From the NCBI GenBank assembly GCA_963924565.1, contig OZ004613.1, forward strand, positions 6,386,001-6,450,000: 64,000 nucleotides of DNA, read 5' to 3'. The position numbers and the translations under genes are program-made. Positions 47,801 to 62,113 of this stretch are shown in pieces. How positions within the stretch are numbered: position 1 is the first letter of the stretch; every line of letters begins with the position of its first letter. The DNA comes from Ascidiella aspersa. Taxonomy: Eukaryota. The notes beneath the pieces were generated by a model. It searched no databases. It was not told the origin of the DNA and saw only the letters and a list, made by a program, of their open reading frames with translations.

Positions 47801-50800
47801 AAACCTAAACTATTTAAAAGTATTTTTTCACGCTGCCTGCGAGTGTTTTTGCCTTTATGATATAAAACATGGTCACGTGTTGACGTAATGCTATGTCCGT
47901 TACTTGCGACGTCACGATTTGACGTAACATTGTGACATCATGTCAATATTTTCATGCGTCCTCAAACAAAAGTCCACATTTGCCGCTGCCAGGAATTACT
48001 TAGTAATGGTGACATAAAAATTCCGTTTACGGAAAATTGTTTTGTACACCAGACAGTGATTTAGTTACCAAATCTTACACGCAATGCTGCTGACGGTTTA
48101 TCCACCTCCATATCATTTCAATATTCAGCACATCCTTCATTTCAACAACACACACTTACAGGTCGATCCAATAGTGATATGGCGTCAGTTAGAGGTTGGA
48201 GATCGGAACCAGCGATTTCACAATCCTCCAATACCAGCTGGTTGAGGTTGTGTACACTTGTTGCCAGGCAACTCAAACCACGTAAATCCATCTTGTTGCC
48301 ACTAATGTTCAGTTGCTCCAGCTTTTGCAAAAAACGGTTAAACGGTTAAATAAACGGTTAAAGATTTGCCTAGGCTACTCTATAAACTCACACAACATCT
48401 ACGAACATAGAACCGTACTAATTTAATAATATTTGACTGTGCAAGGATTGACCATCGCCTATAATGCACATTATAAGGAGTATTTTTGAATTATTAACTG
48501 TAGATGAAAAAATAAATTTCAGAATCCTTAAGTTAACTGAAATTAAGGTTGAAGCAGTAAACTATTTTCAAATTATAAGAGCCAATCAATATTTCGCTTT
48601 AATCAACTTATGTTGTTAAATATTCGGCCTAACTTTCGCATATATACCCATCTAGCTTTTCTGTTTTTTTTACCAAGCAACACGTTTAAAATTCCAAATC
48701 CACCAATTCAAAACTCGATGTGCTCAGAGTAATTGTACAAGGAAGATGAGTTTAAACCACGCCTGCACAACTTAAAATGGTACATTTGCAGGTCGATTCA
48801 TTTGTGAAATGGCGTCAGTTAGAGGTTTTAGATCGGAACCAGCGATTTCGCAATACGTTAATTACAGATGGTTGATGTCGTGTACACTTGTTGCCAGACA
48901 ACTCAAACCACGTGAATCCAGCATGTTATTATAAAGTTGCAATAATTCAATCTATAGTGACAAGAAGTTTCTATTGTTCCGTATCCCGCCGATATGAGCG
49001 TTCATAACATCCAAGGTGCTGTCTGCTAATCCTGGACCATAAGTGCCTGCAAAGGGGAGCATTTCCCGCCCAAACATCTGGAATACTATGGGATAAACAA
49101 GAAACTGCTGTGTCTTTAACGCAAAATTATTTTTTCCGTGTAGAATGCGTGGCTACCCCCCCTCCACAAACTGTAAGTAATTGCCTTATTTTCTCAATAC
49201 TGCATATTATTTTCTTTTATAACAGGTAGGCTACTGAAATTAGTCAGCATTCATCGTTTCACATAAGTCAAGTTATATGCCTAAAATCAAGTCACTACCC
49301 AATATTATTAATAATAATGCGTCTATCGTATGGTCTGTGGGAATTAACAACGGTGTCAAAATCCAATACATTCTTATTTGTCTTCTAACACACGATTGAA
49401 CAGAACACCAATAAATTGGTGGAAATAAGCCCCATTGTGACTAACTGAGCGCGCAAAATAGTTTAAATATTTCTTCCAAGTAAATGTCCCATGTGCTTGC
49501 CCCGGGTGGCCAACCCCTCTTTGGCTAACATTTTCGAGTGTTTGTTTGCAGACGGTTTTAAACATCTATCAATATGCACAAGTATTTTAGAACAGTTAGA
49601 ATTTTAAACCAAACAAAACAAGAGAGGGTAATTTTGTGAAAACAAGTGCCGACTTTATGCTTCAAAGACGTTGTTTAAGTGAAACACCACCGTCCAGCCA
49701 TGCAACTTTTTATGAAAGTATGTAATTTGGGAGTTGTATGGAAGCGTGTATTATATTCTCACTGATGTATTTAGGATAAACCTACATGTCTTGGTATGTT
49801 TAATATAAATGGTCCGTAAAAAATATTTTTTGCCCCCATCCCCCTAATATATGCAGACTCTCATGCATGTGCGGTTAATGCTAACGTATTTACTTATCAC
49901 AACTAACATAAACATACAGGATGGTTTCTGCATGAGATGGCGTCAGTTAGAGGTTGCAGATTTAACCCAGAAGTGTCGCAATCTGGCAACTTCAGCTTGT
50001 TGATGTTGCTTGCACTTGTTGCCAGGCAACGCAACTCACGTGACCCCAAATTGTCCACGAATAATTCTTCCATCTACACAAAACATAGTTTGGTTTGTTA
50101 ACGGAAGTTTACTGATACTTACTGATAAAACTTATTTAAACAGCTAAATACCGACTGAGGTAAAATTGAATGTAAACCGGAAAACGTGGTAAAAGTTAAA
50201 TTTAGATTCTACACGATAAATATTTGCGCGACCACGCTCAATTGCTATAAAGAGACAAATACATCAAACGTACACCACACGTGATTCATTATTGATATAC
50301 CGGGTGACTAAATTTACCGAAACATTTCATAATTCAGTTAAGCAATTTTACAAAATTTGATTTTTCAGATGTTTTAACCGCGTTTGAATATAGTATTATG
50401 TAACGGAATGTGAAATCTGCATAAAACGTAGCCTAACAAGTGCATTTCCAAAAATGTCGTTTTTATTCAGTTGAATTTACAAGTAATTGTGCATGCATCT
50501 TTCATGGCTTCGTAAACTTTCTGGACTCAAATCAGTCATATTTGCTGAAAGATGGAGAAACCAAATAATTTTTTTAATGAAACTAACTTGAAAGTCAATC
50601 GACTTAACAATTAGGCGAATTATAATGGCGACAATGACAAAACCATGTAAATGTCAATTGTTACACGTAAGAACTTACAGGTATTTCTCTGCGTGCGATT
50701 GCTTCAGTTAGAACCTCGAAATCTGGCAAATCGCTCGTCTTATAACGTTTTATTTCAACCGGTAACTAATTTAGTCGTTGTAAAACTATTTCTACTAAAC

Positions 50801-53800
50801 TTTCCAATTACATTTTAAAATTCAAACTGTGGTTTATTGAACTTGACATTCTCTTGCTTCTATGGTGTTTCATTTAAAAATTTTCTTTTTTATTTGCACG
50901 TTAACTAATCCCTCATTTAACACGAAACTCGCGTTAAACGTTTCCAGTTAGTATCATCAACGAAATATTAAAATCTGGACAATATACCAAAAAACTTATC
51001 TACTTGCTAAAAAAATATAAAAGTGGGATGAAACGTTTAACGCTTTAGGGGAGACTGTGACTACGGAGAGGTCGGGGGTGGCGGTCCTGCGTTGTATAAC
51101 ATCCCAAACTAATGTTTATTATTAAAATGAAAAACGGCAAGTAACATCGTTACATTAATGACCATTATGACATAACCATGTCAATTGTTGTAGGTTAACT
51201 TACAGGTGTTTCCCTGCGTGTGATTGCTTCAGTAAGAACTTCGAAACCGGACAGGTCGTTCGTTTTGTTTAACCACAGGCGGTTTATCTTATGAACGCAG
51301 GTGGACAAAACTTTGAAGTCACGTGATCCAGTTGTCCTCACACGTATAAACTCTATCTACAAAATAACACCAAGATATGTTGGTGGGTGCGCTGTCCCAG
51401 ATAAATGAGGTTATCAAACTTATGCGCCGATCAGTTTGCCTCGCCCACCATTGTTGGTTACCTTTAGTCTTCTTCTTCTTTTCGTGTGTCAAAAGAAATG
51501 CGGGTCAATATGACGTTTTATTTCAAACTGTAATTAATTTAATCGTTTCTAAACGTAAAATGCCATATTATTTATGCGCTTAAAACAGTTTTACTAAAAC
51601 TCCTAGTTACTAAGTTGTAGAGTACGCAAACTTTGCTTTTTTATTTGTACAGTAATTATTCCCTCATTAAACACGATACTCGCGTTAAACGGTTAAGTTA
51701 GTATCATTAAATATTAGAATATGTATAATTTAGGCGAGCAATGGCGGTCTGTTTATTTTTGAAGTGGGGTAACAACGTCCTTTATACATCTTTACATCAC
51801 TCCATGAAAGATTCGTGTGTACGGTCTAGCGACTTGTGAACAATCAATGCTGGGTGAACAAACAGAAAGAAAACAGTCTATTTACGTAACAAAATGGTGC
51901 CACCATGTGGCGCTATGGTTAAAAGTACCTTTTCAGAGAAAAATGTTGTGTGGCTTTAAAAAGGCTGCTTTGTTGCCTTTAATTTTTAATAGTGTATACA
52001 AATTTAAACGACAGGCAATCGTAAAACTTCACTAACCTTTTGTTTGGTTTTTGCCATTGTCTCCATCAACATTTCTAAACCGTTGCCGGTAAATTTGACT
52101 GGGCTGTAAAGTTCCCCGATGTCGATGACCAACTCCCTTTGTGTTGCTCGAAGCACGTGACAGAGACTGGACACTTCACTGGAAAGGATCGTTGCACCCT
52201 TTATACGAAGCTCTCCAGGGAGGGAATCGGCCACTTTCGCGGTGATTTCTTCATCGTTTGATTCCTGCGCCAAACTGCAAAGCTTAAATAAATTGGAGTT
52301 GAAGCTCTCCTCATCGTCTAATAAAAGTTGAGGTCCAAGCAAATCAATCAGACCTTTCAGCAAACGTTTTTTGCTGTCAACATCGGTGGAAGAGATTTTA
52401 AAAATTGGCTTTAGCTTACGATGGAGTCCCGTGTTTAGCAACCCGAAAAGAAACCGAAGAACCATTTCCCAAGTATTACTTTCCATGCTTTGAAGCAGCC
52501 CAGAAAATGTGGACAGGTCAGTATCGAACAACAGCTTGAGTGATGCAAAAAACTCTTGCCAAAGAAGATGTAGGAAGAAGAATACTTTTTCCCCTTCCAG
52601 TATACGAAGGTTGAGGTCGCTGGAAAAAACTTGCATGTTGAGAAAGTCCTCCATTCCTTCAGCATCAAGTCCGACTTCATCAAAGTCGTCTTCGTCGAAT
52701 GTGATCTTGTCATTGAGCATTCCGTGTAATGCCAGGTCAGAAAGTTTGCGCAAAATTCTGGGGTGTTCCTTAAACTTAGGCGAGTGAATGCAATCGGACA
52801 CAAAAGCCGCAAACACATCTGTGAGCGTAAAAGTGCCATCTAAAGTGCCATGTTTTAGGATGTAAGGTGCGACGGTTTTGGCAAATATAGGAAGAAAGCA
52901 CAAGGCCTTTGCATGTGGGTTTTGACCAAGTGACTTGGTGACCTTCTCGTAATCTTCTTTCTCTGGGCAAATTTGTCGGAAATACAAATCTTGAGAGCTT
53001 TCGTTGAAGCCGATTACCTTGACTACAAAGTGGGGCTTGCAATTAGGATGTAGCTTAAGATAAGCTCCCGGTCGTGAAGTAAGCAGCTTGTGAGCATTAG
53101 CAAGAATATCGCCACGGAGTATGTTTTGCAGAATGACAACCGGCGTTGCGCGATCGTACAATCCGATCACTGGAGCATCCATGTCAAGATCTTTGAACCT
53201 AGGTTCGTCCAAACCATCCATGAAGATAAACAGCTTGTTGGATTTGGAAAGTCTTTCCAGTATTTGATCATCTATTTCCTTTGTGTGTTTCCAGTTTGGG
53301 TCGGATGACAGCAATTCCAAAACGCCCATTTTTTTATTAAGATCCAAGGTCTTCAAGTATTTAAAAAGCCAATATCCCTTATCATCTGCAGGTAATTCAT
53401 CTACAAGCTCCGTTAGTGTCTGTATAATAGCTGTAGTTTTTCCAATTCCAGCTATTCCAGTCATACCGACCACGTTGCCATGCCTCTTGACGTAATCGTC
53501 AGTTGCTGCTTCATTTCTAAATTTCTTACTTTTGGCTTCATCGATTGCTTCTTGTTTTGCAGCAGTAAATAGTTGGTTGAGTTTAAGCATGGTTGAGTTG
53601 ACCTGGTTGCCTCTGAGTCGTTTCAACCCTTTTAAACCAAACTCCTCCAATGGTGCTTGCGAATCCCGAACGACGTCAAGAGGAACTGGGTTGCTTGGTA
53701 GAGTTCCGATGACCTTATCAGCTGCTTCCTGAGACTTTTCTTGCCATGATGCTGCTGAAAAGGTATAAACTACTCTTTAAATATGAACTCAACCAAGGCA

Positions 53801-56800
53801 GGAATAAAACGAATGAAATTAGATGTTGTCCGCAATCTTAATGCACCCAATTTGTTGCCAATTTTGTTTTATCATGTGAGCTAACTAGCACATATGAATG
53901 TATAACTTCCTTGGTAGAATATATAGCGTAAAATTTTGCCCTGCACGCTTTGCTTATCCCAGCCACCAAAACGTTAGTAAATGATTAACGCCTATCGTCG
54001 GTTTCACTTAAAAATGACTCTTGTAAGCGTAGGCTGGCTTTGCTTATTTATATTAATAAACGCTTTTTTTATTTCCAAAACTAGTGTGTGTTATTTTGTC
54101 AAAAAGTGATTTTGCTTTAAACAGAGTTACACCGTTTTATTTATTGTATAATCGCTAATCACTTTTGATATATCTCCAACTTAAACTCTTACAAACAAAA
54201 GGCTGATACTGGGATCAGCAATATCGGAAATCGTTCTAACAAACGACATTACCATCATTATGGGATTAATGTAACGCCGTCGTGTATACACATAAGGGGG
54301 CATTACATAAAAGTAATTTTTGCAAAATTTTGTACGTCACAACACAAAATAGACTTCATAACTCTGTTATTTCGGTCCGAAAAATGTGAAAGTAAGTTAA
54401 ATGGAGTCTAGCTATACATTTAAATCCGTTTAAGTTTTAATTAAAGTGTTTTCTTTTCAAAATTAATTACTTTAAGTATACACTAGTTCTTTAATTAGGC
54501 TTTCATGGACTCCCTAAAACTAGTTCACGGACCCCAAGGGGTCCATGGACCCCAGTTTAAGAACCCCTGACATAAAATAAGAAACAAACAGCACTGTAGG
54601 TAACATTTAACCTTAAATGGCAACATTCGTACTGCGAACTTGTAGCAGTTTTCCGCAAAGTGGTAACTTCTGGCTTAACAATTCAATCAGGGACGTAACC
54701 AGAAAATCAAAAAGGGGGTTCTGACTTTTCAACTTAGGGAATTCCCCTATTTTTCGTCTGACTTTAATGAATAATGACGTCACAAAACGGTGACAGTATG
54801 ACGTCATAGAACTAGTCAGAAACAGCCAAATACGTCCAGCAAAAGCGACCACGTGCCCCCCTTGCCCCCCCGTGCGTGCGCCCATGACCATATGCTATTC
54901 CGCTTTTACGATTTACAGTTGGTAACCATGTCAGTTTTGTAATATGGTTCTGCGCATGCGCACGTCCAACTCGGGACTCGGCTAATCATACGTGGTCTTA
55001 CTCGAGTCCCGACTCCGACTCAGCAGCCCTGCTGTAGCGCAACCCACACTTGGGCATTAGTTTTAAATCGAAGTTATCACCAACCGTTGTCAGATGAGGT
55101 CGCTGTTGAGTCGGCAGCCACTCCAGGTCCTTGTAGCTGGCCATATATATGAACGTCGCCATGGAGGTTTTGTATGGGACCTTGATGACCGTAAACGTCA
55201 CCAATGTTTACAGGTAGCATATTGATTGGCTGGTTGTTTGCTGGTGGAAGCTGAGGTGCATTTTCACCCTGTATAAATACGTTGATGTTCAATTTTAATT
55301 TAATTGCGAAATAACATTTTAACACAAATAGCTTTGGGTCCTTTTTAGTATTTATTTTACTTTTAACAAAAAATATATTCGATTTATTTTACTTTTTAAA
55401 CTGCGTTTTACCTAAAACAGCTTTAAATAAAAAACCAAATAAATAATGTGATTAAACAGAGATATAATGTGTAAAATTAACAGCCAATTTAATATGGTTT
55501 TAAGAGCAGAAAATATTTTTTTTTATTGTTTATTTTAAATTTTTGATGGCAAAACTACAAAGATTATGTCCAAGGTAACCGTGCTATACAGGCTCATCAG
55601 TATCGCATGCCAGAAAAGCGAATGACTGTTGCCTAGTGCAGTGATTTTTAACCTTTAAAAAAACTGTCCGCACTTCATTTTCGGAAAAGTTTTATCCGCA
55701 CGAAACAAGCACAGTAAGTTTGCACCCTTTAGCTTCCCCTATTTGTAAAATAACAATGAAAGGATGTGTGTTTTAAAACCGTGAGTCTTAATCGATATAA
55801 ATATAGATAGCGTATGCTTCAATGGCTTTACCTTAATTAACAACCACAAGAATAACAACAACCATTTATACACAAAGGGAATTAGCAGTCATTAATGTAC
55901 GTGATTAATGACTCGTTTGCTGCTGAATATTTTTGGAAGTTTCAGCCCAATTAGGAACAACTTCTTGTTCCAAAGCTCCGCGCATTAGGTCATCAAGTGT
56001 CGCGTTGAGAAGACAACTTCTTTTTCTGGTTTTAATGTTAACAAATGCACTAAATCCCTTTTCTGCCAAGTAAGTAGTTGGTTTGCAGAAGCACTTTTAG
56101 TGCTAGCGTCGCCAGTTCGTTGTAATATCCATCAAGAGCACCGATTCAAAATTGTGTTTTTCACGATTAAAAAACGCTCGTTGACAGAAACCGTTTTTAA
56201 GATAGGGCTACCATATTTTCAGCACCAAAAAAAGACCTTTTTTGCCAGCACGTGAAACGAAAGTAAAATTGGTAAATCCTTTTATTTTTAATTATAGCTT
56301 ATTTTGCTTTATGGTTGTCTAAATTTAAAGGATGATAAGGAAAATGAAAGCATCTGCTGAGGACTACCTGTATGCTATAGACCAGGCGTCGGCAACCTAC
56401 GGCCCGCCGCCTCTTTGACAAACTAGTCCATTTCAAATACTATATTTTTTTTATATAATATTTTAACTAAGTAAGTGCGAAAATTTTCAAGCTTCGCGAA
56501 AATGATCTTTTTACATCCGGTTTGTTTACTTAGGATGCTGTCTTTTGAACTAGATCAGCGCTTCTTTACAGTTGCGCCGTGTAAGGCTGCCAAGTGCGTC
56601 GCGGACAAACGGAAAACGTATTCATAATATTGGATATATGTTTTTTAACATTTTTAATTTTTTTTCGGTAATGTAATAACAACTTGCAAGGAATTTAAAA
56701 GAAATGTAGGTATACCAAAAAGAAATAGCGCTCGCTTGGTTAACAAACACTGAAATAGATTAACTATTAAAGGTTAATAAGATAAGTTTCACTTTGTCAA

Positions 56801-56921
56801 ATACCAGTGTTAGACGGATTTATGAGGAGGGTGACATGGAATTAAAAACCCAAAGCAGCAAAGATTTTGATTAATTTATACGACAAAAACTTACTTGGTT
56901 TTGGTTTGGAGTATCGACCAT
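44832..56921 (-). CDS. NLR-A': near-identical paralog of NLR-A (amyloid-like motif, NACHT, LRR, polybasic-CLLL)
   Basis: Exons 56895-56921 (MVDTPNQNQ), 55085-55268, 52037-53754, 51204-51356, 49918-50073, 48160-48321, 46340-46501, 45320-45457 and 44832-44879. It carries the same pseudoexon (48790-48951) and truncated exon (50679-50738). Confidence 0.85.
48790..48951 (-). pseudogene. Dead LRR exon in NLR-A'
   Basis: Same in-frame TAA and GCAAAT donor as 8804-8965. Confidence 0.85.
52037..53754 (-). CDS. NACHT NTPase exon of NLR-A'
   Basis: 548-aa ORF nearly identical to 12046-13692 (about a dozen amino-acid differences). Walker B is LFIFMDGLDE. Confidence 0.95.
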
Positions 56922-57991
56922 GTTATTCCTTGTGCTTGATTGGTTGATACAGATTTTTTTTACCAAATATAGTCTGTGAAATGGAACAAGATACCAAGTT
57001 AAATGACCGTTTGGGCATATACTGTGATATCTGTGATCTAGCCCTGTTGAAGTAGCACTGACCAACGATTGGCATACACATAATATTATAGCAGGTACAG
57101 AGGTACGCAGGCACAGTGGAAGCAAGTCGTTGGACGATCATTATAGCAGCGTTGCCTGCTGGATCTTGTTCGTACATACAATTTTTATGTTTGGAAAATA
57201 GTGATCGTCAACCTTTAGCACACGGACCACTGTTACGCCAACAGCTTTCAGGCTACAATCGAAGTTTTATAGAAATGAACGCAAGTGCATTGCAGCAAGA
57301 TGACCCACTATGTTAAATCTGCGTCAAGGGTTGAAAATAATTGTTTTTAATTTGGCTTTGTCAAATATAAGTAAACTTGATTGAAAATGGTTTCTTTTGA
57401 AACCAGGTAGCTCGAAGTGACAGTAAAAACTCCACAGATTAAAGCGCGGTAGGAATAGGTTGAGATCCACTGATTTAAGGTTTTGATATTATAAACTAAC
57501 CTGACATTCCTGTTCAATGTTCATATACCTACACAACCTTACACATTTTTATCAGTACAGCAGGAATGCGCTTGCACCAAACTACAGGCAACAACCAAAC
57601 GCCAAGCTCTTTGTTGAAGGCAGACTTCGAAGTATTTCCTTTTTCTAAAGGAAATGACGTTAAGGCTCCATCCATTTAGTCTGGCCTCTAATGCTTTTAC
57701 TAATTTCCTGTCTGGCAATGACGCGAACTAAAAAAAAAAAATTCTGAGTTTCAAGATTCGGTTGCATAGGAATGAGTATTCTTATTGTTCTATAGTTGTT
57801 TAGTTGCTTCACTGGCACAATGATAATAACTCCATTAGACTTTTTTATTACTTGTTGATAATTACACTGGTACGTTTACCTTACAAACCTTGCACTAAAA
57901 CTAAAATCGTAAGCTTACTTTAAAAAAAAAACATAATCAAGCGATCCGACAGCGAATGACGTCATTACTATACACAAACAAGCATATAGAT

Positions 57992-58334
57992 CAGTGGTTC
58001 TCAACCTTTTTTCTTTCGTGGCCCATTTACGTTGCAAAAAAATTCTGTGGCCCAATAGTTTTATGAAAGAAAAACCCAAAAAAAAGGTTTAGAACAAAAC
58101 ACAGCAGAACATATTTTAAAACAGATTATTTATTCAACCTTGCATTAGTGAGATACTTGCGGCTGAACAATAAATTTGCATTCCTTTTTTATTCCTCCCC
58201 AAGCCATTATTCCTGTAATTAAATATAATGACACAAATGAAACTAACTCTACCTTTTTTAAATTGGTCTGTGGTCCACCTCAAATGTTCTTATGGCCCAC
58301 CAGTGAGCCATGGCCCACTGGTTGAGAACCGCTG
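57992..58334 (+). mobile_element. hAT-type MITE (copy in duplicate unit)
   Basis: Same TIRs and ATATAGAT TSD as 18296-18640. Confidence 0.9.
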
Positions 58335-60719
58335 ATATAGATAAAATAAGTAAAATTTCTGGGTTATTAGGCAAAATTTGCTTTAGCGGGTAAAAAGTTT
58401 AGTTACGTCCAGTTAATAATCTTTAATTTTTTTAAATAAATTTACGTCACAAGGCAGAATGGCTGCGTTAAATCACAAGTCTTGGCTGAAATTCCCATAT
58501 TAATGTGGTTTAGGATCGACACCGATACAACCTTAGTATCGGACGAGTATCAACGATACCACCACTTGGTATCGGGTATCGGCTTTGATCCGATATTATC
58601 GGACATCCCTATAGTTGCAACATGACGAAATATTTACCTAAAATTCGCGCTGAACTTGACATTAGTAATTCTGGTAATAAAGTCATAATACTTTGAAACA
58701 GGGCTGCGGAGTTGGACTCGGGACTCGAGTAAGACCACGTAAAACTACCCGAGTCCAGAGTCCGACGTGCGCATGCGCAGTACCAAGATTTAGAACTGAT
58801 ATGGCCGCCAACTGGAAATTGTAAGGGTGGAATAGCATATAGTGGTATATTTTCCAACCATGCATTGTGAGTGAATGAGTTATTTCGGCTGCGTTTTGCG
58901 TCTTATATGAAGCCGCAAGACTTGGTAAAAAAGGAACCGGCTGATTAGGAAGCGGCCATTTAAGCTGGCCGATTTATGTTGAGCACAACGAATTGAAGGC
59001 GTCGAATCAGTTTGGAGCAGAATGAGCCGTAAAAAATTAACCAAGAAAAGTAAAATCAATGTAAACTACCGCAGTGGTCGAGCCAACAAAATCAAAAGGC
59101 GACCCATCGTTGAAAAACACTGATTTAAACTTGTAGAGAAACGACGCATGTCTGTTTGTGCTTGTAATTATAGCGTGTTCGCCTGGTAAAGTGTTAAATA
59201 ATTCACCTCGATACTCTTTTCCTTTCCTGGCCGTTCTGGCAAATCCAGCCGGCATTTCGATTTAGCTAATCCCCAACGCAGTCTCTCTTGTGCTATATTG
59301 TATATAGTGTCACGCTGCTGCTGGATAAAAAACTCCAGGCATAAAACGCATGCCTTACTTCCGAGACGCGTTTTACTGCGCTGTAAGCTATTTTATTAAG
59401 AGCGAGCTATGTTGAAATATTTGAATGTAAAATAAATTTATAAGCGACCTGACAGTAAGCCATTTGAAATGCAATGACAGTTTGTTTAGTTTCGATATAG
59501 TGGAGTTCAGATAGTACGGTGGTCATGTCTCACCTGTTGAAATATACAAACTAAAAAAATGCGTTTATTTGCTTGAACTTGTAAGTTTATCACCCTTGTT
59601 TAATGCAAGCTTTGTTAACTATTTTGCGTCAGAGCGCACCTGTACACCTTGTGCATGGCAGCATGAAACGCCTGCAGCTGACCCTGCCTGCCTTATAGTC
59701 AAGTTTAGTTTACTTAGCGGAGTTTAGCTCGTAATAAAATTATTCATTGAATGATTTACTGAAATGCTTCTAGCATTTTTTTGTAGTTGTAACATTATGT
59801 TTTCCATAGTTCCTGGGCTGATTTCGCAATCAAAATAACAGCAATGATCATAGCTTTTTCCCTTTCCACTTTATTTGACATTAGAAAATTCATTTTCATG
59901 TTTATCACAAAAAACGTGCGTATGCTGACTCATTCTCTAATAATATTTTGTCTGTACTGACACACGTATGCCTAGACCTAAAATGTCAGTTCTCATATCA
60001 AGTCGAAAGTTTACTTGATTGCTAAAGCAAAACTGCCACACTTCTATAGGCTACAATGTACTTTTTATAAAAAACAATCAAAATCCATTGTTATTATGTA
60101 ATTTAATGCACTGTTGTTATAATCTGGGTCAAAGAACCTGTTGGTTTGTTGTTTCGTAATCGCGGCTTGCAACGCAATCGGACACTTTATATGGCTGATT
60201 CCAAATTGGCCGGCTCCATTATTTCGGCCGTGATGTGTACCTTATATGAAGCGGCAAGACTTGGTGAAAAAGGAGCCGACTGCTTTGGATGCGGCTATTT
60301 AAACTGGCCGATTTATGTTTAGCAAAACGAATTAAAGGCGCCGAGGCAAACGCAATCAGTTTGGTGCAGAATGAGCAGTAAACAATTACTTGAGATCAGT
60401 TAAGCTAGTTGTGTTGTGTTATGGTTGACCTCCGTGTTAAAGTTTGCTGCTGATTAATGCTGCAAGTCTACTTTGATAAGGTATATATTTTAAGTCTTTG
60501 TTAATTATATTTATTTCAAGTGAATGCATTCTTATTTCTTGAATACCTAGAAAACACACCACGGTCTAAAATACCGCCTCATACAGGGGACTGAACCACC
60601 CGCCCAAAGAAACAAAATATGTGGCCAGCGAGAATAGTTTGAACCCACCACACGAATACTCCGACGAGTATGATTTACCACTTTTGAAACGTCTATTTAA
60701 CAAGGGTTTTATGTACAAA

Positions 60720-61100
60720 TGCTGTCGTTCTATGGTTCTAATGTTGTTCTTATGTATAGCAAAATAATGTTGTAGTACTATAGGTTTTTATGCGCAAATG
60801 TTGTCGTTCTATGGTTCTACTGTTGTTCTTATATATAGCAAAACAATGTTGTAGTAATATAGGTTTTTATGCGCAAGTGTTGTCGTTCTATGGTTCTAAT
60901 GTTGTTCTTATATATAGCAAAATAATGTTTAAGTAATATAGGTTTTTATGCGCAAATGTTGTCGTTCTATGGTTCTACTGTTGTTCTTATATATAGCAAA
61001 ATAATGTTGTAGTACTATAGGTTTTTATGCGCAAGTGTTGTCGTTCTATGGCTCTAATGTTGTACTAATAAGTTTTATCTACAAATGTTGTCGTTGTATG
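60720..61100 (+). repeat. 79-bp tandem repeat (4 full units plus a partial)
   Basis: Units start at 60720, 60799, 60878, 60957 and 61036. The homologous site at 21439-21580 has one full unit plus a partial. Confidence 0.9.
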
Positions 61101-62113
61101 GCCTGGCAACTCCTGGGCAGTTGTTTAACGTACATAGAGCAGGTGTGTTTTATGCTAATGCAAATTGAGGATTTCTGTGTGAGTTTTCGCAGTTATTTGT
61201 GGCAAGAATGACATTGTAGATATAGTGTGCGTTTTAATTTTTTGTTTTGTTATTTTACATTTAACCCGCATAATTAGTTCACAATGTGACCAGTAGCAAA
61301 GGTAAAGAGGCGTAAGTTTAAAGTGGACTCTAGTTATAAACGGTGGATGACAAAGACAGGCAACATACAACTATGTAGCTTCACTTCGGCCTAACACATT
61401 TCGTAATTTCAAAACGAGAAGCTTTTTTAAAACGACCAGCATATTCAGGTTAGGCTTATCAATCAATCGACCACGATTTATTTATAAAAATGTAACACAT
61501 TTAATGTTTGTGAATCGTAATTATAAAATCAATAACGACAATAAAGACAAAAAATTCAATTTTATTTAGCCAAAACGAAAATGAAAAAGTGTGACAACAC
61601 AACATTTTGTTTTACTTTAATGGACAGTCAAAAACAACCAGTTAAAATTCGTAATTTTTATGCAAAACAACGTTTGTCCGAAAGTTGACGACATGTTTAC
61701 TAATTGCCAAGGCACATTGATTAAGACAGGAATACTATAAATAACCCCCAGGAGAGCTAAAGACGTTGGCACAGCGCGTAATAAAATTGTAATAACAACC
61801 GAAAACATTAAACGAATACAACGTTGATTAAATGTGTGAAGATTGCAGCTGCATTTGGTTCCGTTGTTTTACCACAGGCATTCTTTATGAAATAAGTCAA
61901 CTAATTCTACTACAATATGAAAGTATTGATTGCAAACCGGTTTATTCAGTTGTTGTTTAGAGAAACTTTTACGACATTATTTGGATCATTTTTGAAAAAA
62001 TAACTGGTTTTATAGAAAAGACAATGTTGTTAATCGCTCTCTTGTATAAAACAAAATATTGCAAAAAAATTTTGGATGAGAAAGAACTCAAGTGCAATGT
62101 ATCTGAAATAAAG